Shown here: positions 1-13,129 of the stretch, in pieces | Layout of the letters: each line of letters opens with the position of its first letter | Position numbering within the stretch: the stretch's first letter is position 1 | NCBI RefSeq assembly: GCF_006345805.1 | Contig: NC_042997.1 | Location: 134,106,001-134,170,000, forward strand | DNA length: 64,000 nucleotides | Reading direction: 5' to 3' | DNA from: Octopus sinensis | Lineage: Eukaryota | Program-made: the position numbers and the translations under genes | The notes under the pieces: generated by a model | What the model saw: the letters and a program-made list of their open reading frames with translations, nothing else | Told to the model about the DNA's origin: nothing | The model's database searches: none

Positions 1-279
1 ACTTATAGACTCTTAGACGGCTTTCAGACAAACACACACACACACATTCTATGCGCGCGCGTATCTTTGTGCTTATGTTTGTCCCTCACCACCGCTTGAC
101 AACCGATGGTTGCGTGTTTGCGTCTCCGTATACTAGCGGTTCAGCAAAAGTGTCCGATAGAATAAGAAATAGGCTTAGAAAGAAAATCCTAGGGTCGATT
201 TGTTCGACTAAAAGACCCTTCAAAGCAGTGCCTCAGCATGGCCACAGTCAAATGAGTAAAACAAATAAAAGATAAAAGA
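1..279 (+). mobile_element. SINE (family B), 3' part
   Basis: Ends ...cagcatggccacagtcaaatgagtaaaacaaataaaagataaaaga; the same body and tail recur at 5995-6455, 51545-51870, 53140-53541 and 63270-63590. Confidence 0.7.
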
Positions 280-299
280 TTTTTTAATTTATTTTTTTT

Positions 300-452
300 T
301 AATTTGATTTTTTTTTTGTTCTTTTCTTCCCTTTTACGATCCCTCTTGATCGAAAACCTACGCCCCCTCTTTTTTTTTCATCCCCCAAAAGAAAAGCTCT
401 ACCTTGTAACTTGTCCCATCTGTGTGCAGCCCTGTGTGGCCAATAAAGAAAC
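300..452 (+). mobile_element. Isolated 3' end of Tx1/L1-type LINE
   Basis: Matches the 3' UTR of the element ending at 59793 (gatcc..ttgatcg; aaaagaaaagctc.ac.ttgta..ttgtccc; aataaagaaac) and is followed by (TATC)n. Confidence 0.7.
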
Positions 453-458
453 TTATCC

Positions 459-527
<69 letters not shown>

Positions 528-540
528 CCTACCTACCTAC

Positions 541-624
<84 letters not shown>
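453..624 (+). repeat. (TATC)n microsatellite
   Basis: Direct reading. It generates the spurious IYLS/SIYL ORFs. Confidence 0.95.
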
Positions 625-625
<1 letters not shown>

Positions 626-899
626 ACCATCACTTTCTTTCATGATTTTTTATTATTTTTGTCTTCTTTGCTTTCCTGTTTTTTCTTTCCTGTCTCTTCC
701 TTATGGAGACAACGTGCTCAACAAATCATTTCGCCTATAAATAGCGCACCTTGGATTAAATTAGATCAGTAATAATAAAGACCATCCCATAACATGTGGA
801 CAGTACTTCAGAGTGGGCACACTGCTTATGAAAAGAGCCATGTGCGCGTATATATTTGCTCAATGTCTGTCTGCCTACAGCATCATATTACTCGAGTAA

Positions 900-2703
900 G
901 CTACATACACATTTATAGGCGGAATTTCAGATCAGGACGCCTACACAAGTTGGATTTTCTGTTTTTCTTTTTTTTTTTTTGTAGGGGATTTTTCCACTAG
1001 TTTTTCAAAACGTCCTTGGAAACGATGGTCAGAGGTCATTTATGGAAATAAATTTTGAAAAAAAAACCTTTTTTTTACCCTTTTCTCATCTTTCGAATTT
1101 ATCCCCCTCCGGACCAATTCTGGCCAAATATTTTTGGCATTACGGACTTAAAAACGATGGGAGAAACCTTTTCTGTTAAAAAAAAAAAGAACAAAACTTT
1201 TGAAAATATTTTCAGATGAAAAAATATGTGATTTAAGAGAGAATTAGGTGTTGTTTCTAGCTTGTCGGAGAGGCTTCTTCCTTTGTTTTTAAGTGCATAG
1301 TGCAAAAAGACTTAAGGAAATCAATCCGGAGGTTGGGTGCCATTATATGGGACACCCTACCCCCGAACGCTAAAATCTGTTTATGGGGAGAAAAATATTT
1401 ATTTCTTCATTGCCCATCGGGAGCTAAACATAAAGGGGACAAAGACAGACAAAGGGCTTAAGTCGATTACATCGACTCCAGTACACAACTGATACTTATT
1501 TAATCGACCCCGAAAGGAGGAAAGGCAAAGTCGACATCGGCGGAATTTGAACTCAGAACGTAATGGCAGACGAAATACCGCTTAGCATTTCGCCCGGCGT
1601 ACTAACGATTCTGCCAGCTCGCCGCTTTTGTGGGGAGAAAAATATTGAAACATCTATCAGACAGACAAAGAAATGAGGAAGGCAACTGGTGGTCGTCGGA
1701 AGTGCTAGAAGCAGCGGTTAAATCTCCCTTAATTTGCACACATTTTCGTCTGAAAATATTAAAATAAAATTTACTTTAATTTTTTATTTATTACAGAAAT
1801 GGCTTCTCCCATCTCTTTAAAGCGTGTAATGCCAAAATAATGGCTAAAATCGGTCCGGAGTTGAAGGACGGTGAGGGGGATGAAAGGAAGAGGGAGAGGC
1901 AATCATAAATTTCTAAAATTAATTTTTATAAAAAAGCTTCTCTCCATCTTTTTCTTAGGCCGTAGTGAAAAAAATAAATTGAAAAGTCCCCGCCCACATG
2001 TTATGGAATGATGATGCGGAATAATACACGGCTTTTGTTTAGCTCAATGGTGATCAATTGCTGGGGACTTTTCCACTTAGGTTTTTTACGGGGACTTTTC
2101 CAATTAGTTTTCACCACGGCCTTTTTTTCATAAGTGGTTTCCCTTCATCTTTTTATAAGGCCGTAAACAAAAGGAAATATCTCCGTGACAACGGAAAATA
2201 TCTAACTTAAGTGGGCATGCTGACCAAATGCTCCTACCATATTTTATGGAATTATGATACGGAGGTAAAAGACGGGTTTTGTTTAGCCCAAGGGTGGTCA
2301 ATTGCTGCGATAGAACACCCACTTAAGTTGGATTTCCTCCACTTTGATGGGGACTCATCCAATTAGATTTCACCATGGCCTTCAAAATAATGTGATAGAG
2401 CTATCTTTGAAAATTTGACTTTTCTCTTCTCGTCCTTCCCCTTCACCCCACTTTGGACTGATTTTGACCATTTTTTTTGGCATTTGCGCGCGTAAAAACG
2501 AAAGGAGAAATTTTTCCGGTAAAAAAATAAAACTTTAGTAAATATTTTCAATAAAAGAGATTGTTGTTTCTAGCTTACCGGATATACTTTTCAAACGGTT
2601 TTCACACGCGTAGCGCAAAAACAACTGCAACAATTAGTCAGGAAGTGGCAGTGGGGTTTGAAGAAGGTGGAGGTGAGGGTTTCCCCTCATCTTTTTCAAG
2701 GCC

Positions 2704-2786
<83 letters not shown>

Positions 2787-3290
2787 AGGTAAATAAATAA
2801 AAAGAATGATCTCTGTGTATACGGAAAAAAATCTAACTTAAGTGGGTATCCTGATTCAATACTCCTACCATATTTTATGAAATTATGATTCGGCAGTATA
2901 AGACGAGGTTTGTTTAGCCCAAGGGTGGTCAATTACTGGGATAGAATACCCACATAATTTGGATTTTTTCCGTTTTGTCTGGGATTTTTTCAATTTGTTT
3001 TTTACCATTTTATGAAAAAATTATTATTGAAAATTTATGATTTTCCTCTCTACCTCCGCCCTTTCCTCTCTACCTCCGGATCGATTTTGGCCATTTGTTT
3101 TTTGGCACTACACGCTCAAAAACGATGGGAGAAGCCTTATCAAGAGAGGAAAAAAAATTTTTGAAAATATTTTCAGACGAAAAGGTGATTCAAGAAAGAT
3201 TTAGCTGTTATTACTAACTTACCGGATATGCTACTCTCACCGTTTTTACACGTGTAGCGCAAAAGAGAGCTGAGAAAATCGGTCAGAAGA

Positions 3291-3321
<31 letters not shown>

Positions 3322-4277
3322 CGAAGGAGAGGGAGCGGTGAAAAAAATAAATTTTCAAAAATTTCTTTTCATATAAAGCTTCCGCTTATCATTTCCAAGG
3401 CTGTGGTGTAAATAAAAACAGGAAATATCCTCGTTGAAACGGAGAAAATCCAACGTATGGAGACGTCCTGATCCGAAACTCCGCCAAAATGTTTTTATGG
3501 GGAGATTAGTATTGAAACATCAATACATGTCAGAGTCACATAGAAACGCGGAAGGCACCAGGTGGTAATGGGAAATGCTAGAAACAACAACTAAGTCTCT
3601 CTTAAATTACATACCGGTTCGTTTGAAAATATTAAAAAAAATATTTCTGATTTTTGTTTTGTTTTTAAACCAAAAGGGATTTTCCCATTGTTTTGAGTGT
3701 TTAATCCCCTCCAAAATGGTCAAAATTGATCCGGAATGGGATGGAGGACGAGGAGAGGGTAAAAATTCTTAAACTCAAAATTTTTTCATATCTTTATTCA
3801 AGACCGTGATGAAAAAAACAAAAATGAAGGAAAGATCTCCGTCAAAATCATCTAACTTATGTGTACATCCTGATCCGCGTTTCAACCATATTTTATGGAA
3901 TGATGACGCAGAATAACAGATGGCTTTTGTTTAGCTCAAGAGTGATTAATTGCTGATAGAACACCTGCATAAGTTGGATTTCCTCGGTTTTGACGGGACT
4001 TTTTCAATTTTTTTTTTTTAACACGGCCTTTTAAATGATTGAGGGAAAGCCATTTAGGAAAAAAATATTTTTGAAAATTTATGATTTTTGTTTTTACTGT
4101 CCCCTCCCCCTCACCCCGCTCTGGACCGATTTTGGCCTCGATTTCTTTCTGGCGTTACGCACGTAAAATCGATGGGAAAAATCCTACCGGTTAAAAAAAA
4201 AAGAAAAGGAAAATGTTGAAAACATTTTCAGACGAAAATCTGTGTGATATAAGAGAGATTTAGCTGTTGTTTCTAGC
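900..4277. repeat. Cluster of degenerate foldback (long inverted-arm, MITE-like) units
   Basis: Arms starting gctagaa(a/g)ca (1703, 3576) and ending gttgtttctagc (1262, 2575, 4277). A central core ttatgga..gtttagc.caa..tggtcaattgc recurs at ~2000, 2245, 2875 and 3895. Confidence 0.55.
1400..1630 (-). mobile_element. tRNA-derived SINE (family A), monomer
   Basis: Head ggcgagctggcagaatcgttag with B-box gagttcaaattcc; 16-bp TSD tggggagaaaaatatt at 1384-1399 and 1631-1646. Confidence 0.85.
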
Positions 4278-4305
4278 ATATCAACGACCACCTCTTACCT
4301 ATCTC

Positions 4306-5131
4306 TTTTCTTATTTCTTTATTGCCCACAAGGGGCAACATAGAGGGGACAAACAAAGACAGACAAACGGATTAAGTCGATTACATCGACCCCAGTGCGT
4401 AACTGGTACTTAATTTATCGACCCCGAAAGGATGAAAGGCAAAGTAGATTTCGGCAGAATTTGAACTCAGAACGTAGCGGCAGACAGAATACCTATTTCT
4501 TTACTACCCACAAAGGGCTAAGCACAGAGAGGACAAACAAGGACAGACAAACGGATTAAGTCGATTATATCGACCCCAGTGCGTAACTGGTACTTATTTA
4601 ATCGACCCCGAAAAGATAAAAGGCAAAGTAGACCACGGCGGAATTTGAACTCGGAACGTAACGGCAGACGAAATACCTATTTCCTATTTCTTTACTACCC
4701 ACAAGGGGCTAAACACAGAGAGGACAAACAAGGACAGACAAAGGGATTAAGTCGATTACATCGACCCCAGTGTGTAACTGGTACTTATTTAATCGACCAG
4801 TGTGTAACTGGTACTTAATTTATCGACCCCGAAAGGATGAGGGGCAAAGTCGACCTCGGCGGAATTTGTACTCAGAACGTAACGGCAGACGAAATACCTA
4901 TTTCTTTACTACCCACAAGGGGCTAAACACAGAGGGGACAAACAAGGACAGACAAACGGATTAAGTCGATTATATCGACCCCAGTGCGAAACTGGTACTT
5001 ATTTAATCGACCCCGAAAGGATGAAAGGCAAAGTCGACCTTGGCGGAATTTGAACTCAGAACGTAACGGCAGACGAAATACGGCTACGCATTTCACCAGA
5101 CGTGTTAACGTTTCTGCCAGCTCGCCGTCTT
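4306..5131 (-). mobile_element. tRNA-derived SINE family A, four-unit multimer
   Basis: Four ~190-230 nt units, only the 5'-most with the full tRNA head; 15-bp TSD cctcttacctatctc at 4291-4305 and 5132-5146. Confidence 0.85.
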
Positions 5132-5350
5132 CCTCTTACCTATCTCGTTTCTTTGTCACTCTGACATGTATTGATGGGTTTCAATATTTTTTCCGCATTA
5201 ATAGATTTTATGGAATGACGATAAAAACTAAAAGTGGAAATTGCACGGAAGTATATCTAAAGATTCTGTATATTTTTTTCTTTTGAACCGGATAAATATT
5301 TTTATACTTGTTACAGTAAGAGATTTCTATAGAATATTACCGGTTTTGAT

Positions 5351-5560
5351 GTACAGTAATCCCTCGCCATATCGCGGTTCACCTATCGCGGTTTATTATT
5401 TAAGCTTATGTCGATTCCTCCGTGTTGTTTTGCATTTATAATAAAATAAATATATATAACTTATAAAAATTATTAAAAAAATACAGTACAGTGCTATTTT
5501 TACTTCGCGGATTTTCAACTATTGTGGAGGTTTTTGGAACGTAAAAACAACGATAGTCGA
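5351..5560. mobile_element. pogo/Tigger-like MITE
   Basis: Starts tacagtaatccctcgccatatcgcgg; degenerate right end ggaacgtaaaaacaacgatagtcga, cut by a SINE. Confidence 0.45.
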
Positions 5561-5752
5561 TATCTTTTACTTGTTTCGGGCATTTGACTATGACCATGTT
5601 AGGGCACCACCTTAAAGGGTTTTAGTTGAACAGTTCGACCCCAAAACTTTTTTTAAAGACTAGTACTATTTTGTGAGTTTCTTTTGCCGAGTCGCTAAGT
5701 TACAGAGACGTAATCTTACCACCAATTATCAAGTAGTGGTGAGGGACAGGCA

Positions 5753-5791
<39 letters not shown>

Positions 5792-5930
5792 CTATGACGG
5801 GCATCTTTCAGTTTCCGTCTTACAAGGTTTTGGTTGACTCGAGGCCATCGTAAAAGACACATATCCAAGTTGCCCCGCAGTAGGACTGAACCCAGAACCA
5901 TGTGGTTGGGAAGCAATCTTCTTACCGCAC
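5560..5930 (-). mobile_element. SINE family B
   Basis: Reverse complement of the family-B body and tail, with an internal (CA)n. Confidence 0.7.
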
Positions 5931-5994
5931 GATCAGCCTATTTTATCAAATGTTAGAAGTTTAAAGTAAAAAATTATGAAATAAAAATTAAAAT

Positions 5995-6146
5995 AGGTGT
6001 AGGAGTGGCTGTGCGGTAAATAGCTTGCATACTGTGTGGTAAGTAGTTTGCAAACTGTGTGGTTCCGGGTTCAGTTCCACTGCGTGGCACCTTGGGCAAG
6101 TGTCTTGTGAGTGGATTTGGTAGACGGAAACTGAAAGAATCCTGTC

Positions 6147-6206
<60 letters not shown>

Positions 6207-6455
6207 TATATATGTATATATATATATATTGTGTGTGTATATGTTAGTGTGTCTGTGTTTGTCCTCCCAACATCGCTTGACAACTGATGCTGGTGTGTTT
6301 ACGTCTCCGTAACTTAGCGGTTCGACAAGAGAGACCGATAGAATACGTACTAGGCTTACAGAGAATAAGTCCTGGGGTTTATTTGCTCGACTAAAGGCGG
6401 TGCTCCAGCATGGCCACAGTCAAATAACTGAAACAAGTAAAAGAGTAAAAGAGTA
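5995..6455 (+). mobile_element. SINE family B
   Basis: tRNA-like head (ggagtggctgtgcggtaa...ccgggttcagttcc), internal (TA)n, tail cagcatggccacagtcaaataactgaaacaagtaaaagag. Confidence 0.75.
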
Positions 6456-6911
6456 AGAAATTTAAACAGTTTGTTGCCATGTTCTGTCTGTAGTTATGAG
6501 CATGTTCGTAATTATACACAGAATATGAAAACAAACTGTTTTCTGTTCTTTTACGATTAAAAATCCTGGAAGCTGTAGACGTGTTTCCATGCCTCCAGCT
6601 CAATACAGCGGTTCAGTCTAAGGTGCTTGCTTTCTAATAAAGTGTACCTCTGTTATTCTGAGTCTAACAACATCCACCCCACTCGCTAGTATGCAGGTGG
6701 AGAAATTCCCCATCAGAGAGTTGGTGTTGTTGGAACGCGGCGCTGGGTGGTGTGGCCTTGTACGGAAAATATGAATTAAAACGATAAATGTCTGCTAAAA
6801 AAACCCCGCGGTTCGAAAGCATTAACTAAATAAGTTACAATACCCAGAGGTTCACTCCAGATTACACGCCACGTGTAGGGTAAGCCAATATTCTTCTGTC
6901 TACTTACCGAA

Positions 6912-6992
<81 letters not shown>

Positions 6993-6999
6993 CCCCCCC

Positions 7000-7900
7000 A
7001 AAAAAAACACGAAATAATGAGAAGTAACATTTAAGGGTAAGTTGGGGAAATGGTTCATTTGCTCTTCGAATTTTAGAACTAATGTAGGTAGCAATTTCCT
7101 TTCCTTGATAGATAAACATTTCTCCGATAGTCACATTTATAAGAAAACCTACAATAGCAATTTTACGGAAGTTTCCTATAGTTGCAGCCCTAATATGAAA
7201 ACCATTACGTAAGCCATGTAGATTGTCCAATCCAGACTGCCACTTCAGGAACCCAAATACTTGCCCATTATATCAGGCACGCATGGTTAGCTTAGTCATG
7301 TATGAAAAAGAGCTCCCCTATGTTCCGACAAATAAAGTAACAGAAAGAAAAAAATATATTGGAATATGCAAAAATGACTTCAAAAAGGGATACACCAAAT
7401 CAGGTTTCTATCAAGCAAGAAGACGAAAAGAAAAGCACAACGCTAGCAAGCCATATTTGGGACCTGAGGGACTGCAGTATACTACACAGTGTCAAGTGGA
7501 GCTCTGTAGCAAGATTTAAGCCATATTAATGGGTAAAAATGTGTACGCTCTCTATAGCTGAAAGAATTCATCCGATTTTAGAAATTTTTACGAGATGAAG
7601 GCATAATGACAAATTTCTGTAATCGAACTGGAAGACTCCGTCAACTCCCCACCAGATTAGATACAGTTTAACACACTTTAGCCTTTCTCCTATTCGACTA
7701 ATCTTACTAGGCATACTTATTTAAAGTGTTAAAATTCAGCATTTTCTCGTTTTTCTCTCATTTCCTCCCGGAAAAGTAATCTGATTTTTGAACGACTGCC
7801 GGATTATGCATGATACACTATAGAAAACTATCCGCTTTCTGCACTATCGGAGCATGAACTTTAAGTAGTTCACTAAATGATACTTATTAAACGCTGTATT
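7000..7900 (+). mobile_element. Penelope-like element, C-terminal/GIY-YIG region (degenerate)
   Basis: Frameshifted peptides TNVGSNFLSLIDKHF..EVSYSCSPNMK and CHFRNPNTCPL..KYIGICKNDFKKGY fit the PLE linker/GIY-YIG pattern. Confidence 0.75.
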
Positions 7901-8024
7901 TTACAGAATATTTTTATTACTAAATAGATGGTTGCGATTATATGAAATCTTAGTGTGATGAAGTGTGTCAGCTCACATCATACTTTAGCCTTAGTAAGGA
8001 AAATTACATACATACATACGTACA

Positions 8025-8058
<34 letters not shown>

Positions 8059-8099
8059 CATACATACATACATACATACATACATACATACATAGATTC

Positions 8100-8720
8100 A
8101 ACAGATGAGATCGAGAGAATCTCAATATAAAAAATACTAAGTAGCACCCACTTGATTTGAAATTACACTCCGATATCTTTACTGGGGATTAAGGCAGCTG
8201 AGTAAAGAGTGCTAATAAGTGCATCCAAGTGAGCAAACATGGAGAGAATGATTCACATACGCAAAATCGGAGTAGCAAATAAACGAAAACAATCTCTTAC
8301 CGTCAATGGTGAACATGTTTCTAGATCACAGGCTAGAAATTGCCTGATTTCCTTCGTCAACACCATATTCGATATTCATACCTATGAATAAACAATCCTT
8401 GGGAACATCCACTACGATCACATTTCCCCCTTTGTGTCCATACAGGGAACTCTTATTACGCTTAACAAATGACTCCATTACTCGAATGAGGTGGCGGGCT
8501 CTCTACTATGACTCAAGTTGAATTTTTCTAATCGTTCCAAGGATAAGACTCTCTCTCAATTTTCCCTGATACATTAGACTCACAACTATCCCCGCTGATG
8601 AAGAAAGCTTTGGATTTTACCAGTGTTTGTTTGATTCGATTACTTCCAATGTTATGAAGTAGCTTTGAGCCCCCAGAAACAACTGTCAGATTTGTAACAG
8701 CTCTTATTCTTTATAATCCG
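8100..8720 (+). mobile_element. Penelope-like element, N-terminal ORF fragment
   Basis: Plus frame ..PLCPYRELLLRLTNDSITRMRWRALYY..ESFGF resembles the PLE N-terminal 'KRMRWKAFFF...YGFKS' motif. Confidence 0.55.
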
Positions 8721-9248
8721 AGTTAGTTTGCTGTATTAAAAATAATAATATTTACATATTTTAAGTGTGCTTTCTCTTTTTACATGTATACATGTATATA
8801 TATTAAATCCAATATATACATATATACTATCTTTACTCACTTCTTACACTCGCGATTTTCCACCACCCAAGAGTCGATGGAAACTTCGGTGAGGCGTTCT
8901 CACCTCAAAGATCAAGAACTGATATCAACGTAGGATCAAGGAACAGACAGACACGTAACTTCGGACGGTGCAACATGACAGCTTCTACTTTAAAGGCTAG
9001 GCTGCTTTTGTTGTAACTTTGACGAATACAGCAAATATGTTGTCCAAATATTGCAAAATGTTTGATTCAAAACTGTATTTGGAGCACTTAAGTGGAAATA
9101 GAGTAAAGTTATTTGACAAAGTATTTGAGTCATGAGGTTGACTTCTTCCATCATTTTTCCTGATAACATCACTTTTACTACCGCTGTTGAACTTATGAAA
9201 CCACTTGAAAAACTGATGCATTTATCTCGAGTACATCGCATGCTATTT

Positions 9249-9805
9249 TTACCTCCACCTTAGCGAAGGCGTGAACGAGACATCTCAAAAACCACTGGAT
9301 AGATTCGGTTGAAACTTTCAGGGATGTTTGGCCTCATGACTAGCACGAATTAATTAGATTTTGGGATCGTTCCGGCACAGGACAATTCAGGAATTTTTGT
9401 TATATTTACTTTACATGATTACGCTCTTACGTTAACTTTCAAGTCTTTCTCAATTTTCTCTCTTTAGGTTGTAACTATTTTGAATGGTGAGTTTGTTAAC
9501 CTTGGTTTGTATTAGATAAGGATAAGCTATTTATTACTGTTACTAAATTTTCTACCGCCACCTTCACGTTCCATGACTACTATTGGGTTCGATCGGATAC
9601 CAGACAAGGATTCTGGACTTTTGCCATTTTTAAACTTAATTTTTGAGAGGGGTCGGGTTCATTTTTTAGTATTATTGTTTGTACGAGCAGTAGAGGTCAT
9701 TTCAGATATTCTCATTTGAAAATCATCTCTGGCTAATCGTTGAGAGGACGTTGGTGGCGCCTTGACGGAGGTTTGTGCTCTTGTTAATACTTGCATCTGA
9801 AGTAC
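9249..9805 (+). mobile_element. Non-autonomous Helentron/HINE-like element
   Basis: Subterminal inverted motifs ttacctccacc (5') and gacggaggtttgtgctct (3') in T-rich flanks. Confidence 0.4.
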
Positions 9806-10829
9806 AGTTGCAAAGGCATGTCTTCTCATTAAGCTAAGTATTCCAAAAATTTAGTATTTGAATGACACAAAAATAGACCGTTTACGCCTTAATCATACTG
9901 TATGATACACCACTAGATAAACCTCGGTTGTGATCCCGTTTAATGAAACGTAGGATATTTGCTCCTATGAATTAAACCGACATTGCATTATAAGTTGCAG
10001 TTTTACGAAAATATCCTGCTTGGATGTTTATAAGCTTCAAAATAGGGAAACACACACTAGCGTAGGATGTAAAGTTTGGCAAACTAACTCTCTCGTTTAT
10101 TTACATTTATGCTCACGTGTGGTCACTTAATTTTACTTCTTGGAAGACGTACTTATTGCAAGAGTTATGTTTGCAGTTCATTTTACGCAGTACCGCAGCA
10201 ATTGAGCAACAGTTTGCAAATAACCCATGGCTCGAGCTAAATAAAGTGTTGATAAAATATTTTGGATATATTTTCAATGCAAAATCAACAACAAAAAAAA
10301 CCTACAAAAAACAAACAAAACAACACAAAACCAAGCAAAAGACCCATCTCCTCCCCCAAAATAGTGTGCTTTATAAGCAGTCAACCAAATAACTTGATTT
10401 CTTTCCTCTATGACCTGAGTTTAAATGTCTATGATTTATTTTATCTAGCATGGTAAAAGGTGGGACGGTGGCGATTACATAAATAATAGTAACACTCGAG
10501 CTATAAACGCAGAAAAAAAAGACAAAGCAAAATATGTGTCAAAAGCGCAGAGCTCATTCATTCCGCGGAAGCTGTAATGCATATATATATATGAATGTAC
10601 AGAAAAGGAATGTTTCCTATTCATACACTTATCTATGTCTAAATATGTATATGTACATGTCGCATATCTATGTATAGAAGAATTAGATTAAAATGTGTGC
10701 TATATCTATCTATATTATCTATATATAACTGCATCGAAGTTGATGTTCTAATATGATGCACCTGTAACCACTACAGAAATATTAAAATTCTTTTCCTCTT
10801 TCCTCTCTCTGTTTTGTGGTACTGTAGGC

Positions 10830-10878
<49 letters not shown>

Positions 10879-11233
10879 GCATGATATGTGTGTGTGTGTG
10901 TGTGTGTGTTTGTGTGTGTACGTGAATGTAAATTATGCACGTCCACAAATTAGCACGCATGTCGGACCATAACTTAATTTTCACAGCGGAGAAATCCAAC
11001 ATTGTTTATACAAACATTGTTTATACAAACACCGACACAAAAGCGTCGGTGTAAAGAGAGAGAGGGAGAGGGAGAGAGAGAGAGATAACAGATTTTTAAA
11101 ATTTCGTCTTTTTACTGAGTGATTGATAGGCAAAAACAGACAGACACGTGTTGTTATGTATGTATGGGTGAATGGCTTCAGTCACACACACACACACACG
11201 AACATGTATGCAATGTGTGTGTGTGTGTTGCCC

Positions 11234-11268
<35 letters not shown>

Positions 11269-11478
11269 AAAAAGGAGATTGGAACACGAGTTGTGATATA
11301 TAAAAAAAGGAAATGAAAAGAGAAAAGAGAAAAAATCTATCAGAAAGGAACTCTATCTCTCTTAAAAAATATCTTTTGATAAGCATAACAAATGCGCAAC
11401 CGGTAAAAAGAACTTTCACCTAATTAAATACACTCTCCCTTACTTAAATTATTTTGTCAGCATTTTCTTCATTTCCTT

Positions 11479-11552
<74 letters not shown>

Positions 11553-11567
11553 TATATATATAAATAA

Positions 11568-11618
<51 letters not shown>

Positions 11619-11789
11619 ATATAAACGATATTCTCCGTTTCTCCACAACTAATTTCCAAATTAGCTGAATCCGTTGCTCTACTCATAGCGAAATATAGCT
11701 GGTCGTGCGTGACTATGGGAGAGAGCAGAGGTTACCAGAGCAAAGGACCGAAGTGTTGACTGTAGACCCGCTCCTTCGCAAACGATCAG

Positions 11790-12313
11790 CTATTATTTTG
11801 TAAACAATGTTTCGAAACTGTTCATGTTTCCGAAAGTAGAGATCTGACTCTCACATCTCCGTGGGAGAATGTTTATCTCTCTATTCCACTTACAAAACTC
11901 ACGTCTGGGTGTTTACAAATTTGTATTTTGTAAACAATGTTTCGAAACTGTCCATGTTTTCGAAAGGATAGATCTGACTCTTTTCAACCATAACGTCTAC
12001 CGATTTTGATGTATTTTGTTCAAACTTGATGCCAGCATTACTTAGGACTCACGAGATCTTTGAATGCTTTAAGTTCTCCAAAAACGACCCCCCCCGCAAA
12101 AAAATACAATCGATGAGTGGAAAAATCGATAAACCGATTATTTATGGGATTTCCCAATCAAATTGTCTGCAAAATTTCAGCCAAAAGTTTACCAATTTCA
12201 ACGGATTTCACTCAAATTTGACGTCGATGTTACTTAGTTTGCTTTGAAATAAAGAGCTTGATTAGTTTAATAATCCTAACTTAATCCCGAGCAAAGCCGG
12301 GCTATACTGCAAG
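11790..12313 (+). mobile_element. Non-autonomous Helitron-like element, 3' part
   Basis: 3' hairpin cccgagcaaagccggg + ctatactgcaagt, like the end of the 23299-23678 element; ~55-nt internal duplication. 5' end not located. Confidence 0.5.
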
Positions 12314-12334
12314 TATATATATATATATCTTAAA

Positions 12335-13067
12335 GTGTTTGAACGAGTGGTAAGATCAAGGATAGCTGATTTCCTGGAGATCCACAAACTACTAAATGGA
12401 AACCAGCATGGCTTTCGCTGTGGCAGGGACTGTCTAACACAGCTCTTACACTACATTGAAGAAGATATACTTAAAGCCTTGGGAACAGGTTCGAACTCTG
12501 ATGTCATATATCTTGACTTCGGTAAAGTGTTCGACAGGGCTGACCATAATATCTTACTATCAATATTGGCAAATGCTGGAATGTGTGGAAAACCTCTACA
12601 CTGGATTAAGTATTTCCTGGCGAATAGAACACAACATGTTGTAGTCAATGGAGTCCACTCAAGCCCAGCAAAAGTCACCAGCGGTGTCCCCCAGGGGACT
12701 GTCTTGGGTCCGCTACTCTTCATAATTTACATAAACGACCTTTCCAGCGTCGTAACACACTGCAGAGTGAAAGTATTTGTTGATGACACTAAGCTCCAGA
12801 AAACCATCAATAAAGAAGAAGACTGATCTATATGTGGTGAGTCAATGGGCAGACAAAAACAAAATGCAACTAAACGAGGGAAAATTTGAGCTGATGCATT
12901 TTGGAAGAAAGTCTATACTAAAACAGCCATACTCTCTTCCTTCAGGGGAACTGCTCACAGCATCTAATAATATCAGAGACCTAGGTGTAATTGTTGATAA
13001 CAATCTCAGTTGGAGTGCCAACATCAACAATACGGTCGATATAGCTCGTAAGATGTGCTCCTAGATC

Positions 13068-13129
<62 letters not shown>

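Noticed and set aside
4306-5131. Regular repeat array suggestive of CRISPR or tRNA genes
   Set aside because: Units are ~190-nt SINE bodies without unique spacers. The heads have A/B boxes but no complete cloverleaf, and the context is eukaryotic.
8345-8600. Minus-strand peptides GDSCESNVSGKIERESYPW and RSGCSQGLFIH that resemble IL-17 motifs (possible pseudogene)
   Set aside because: They need several frames and stops, and no IL-17 intron or flank homology surrounds them. The plus strand is better explained as a Penelope N-terminal ORF.
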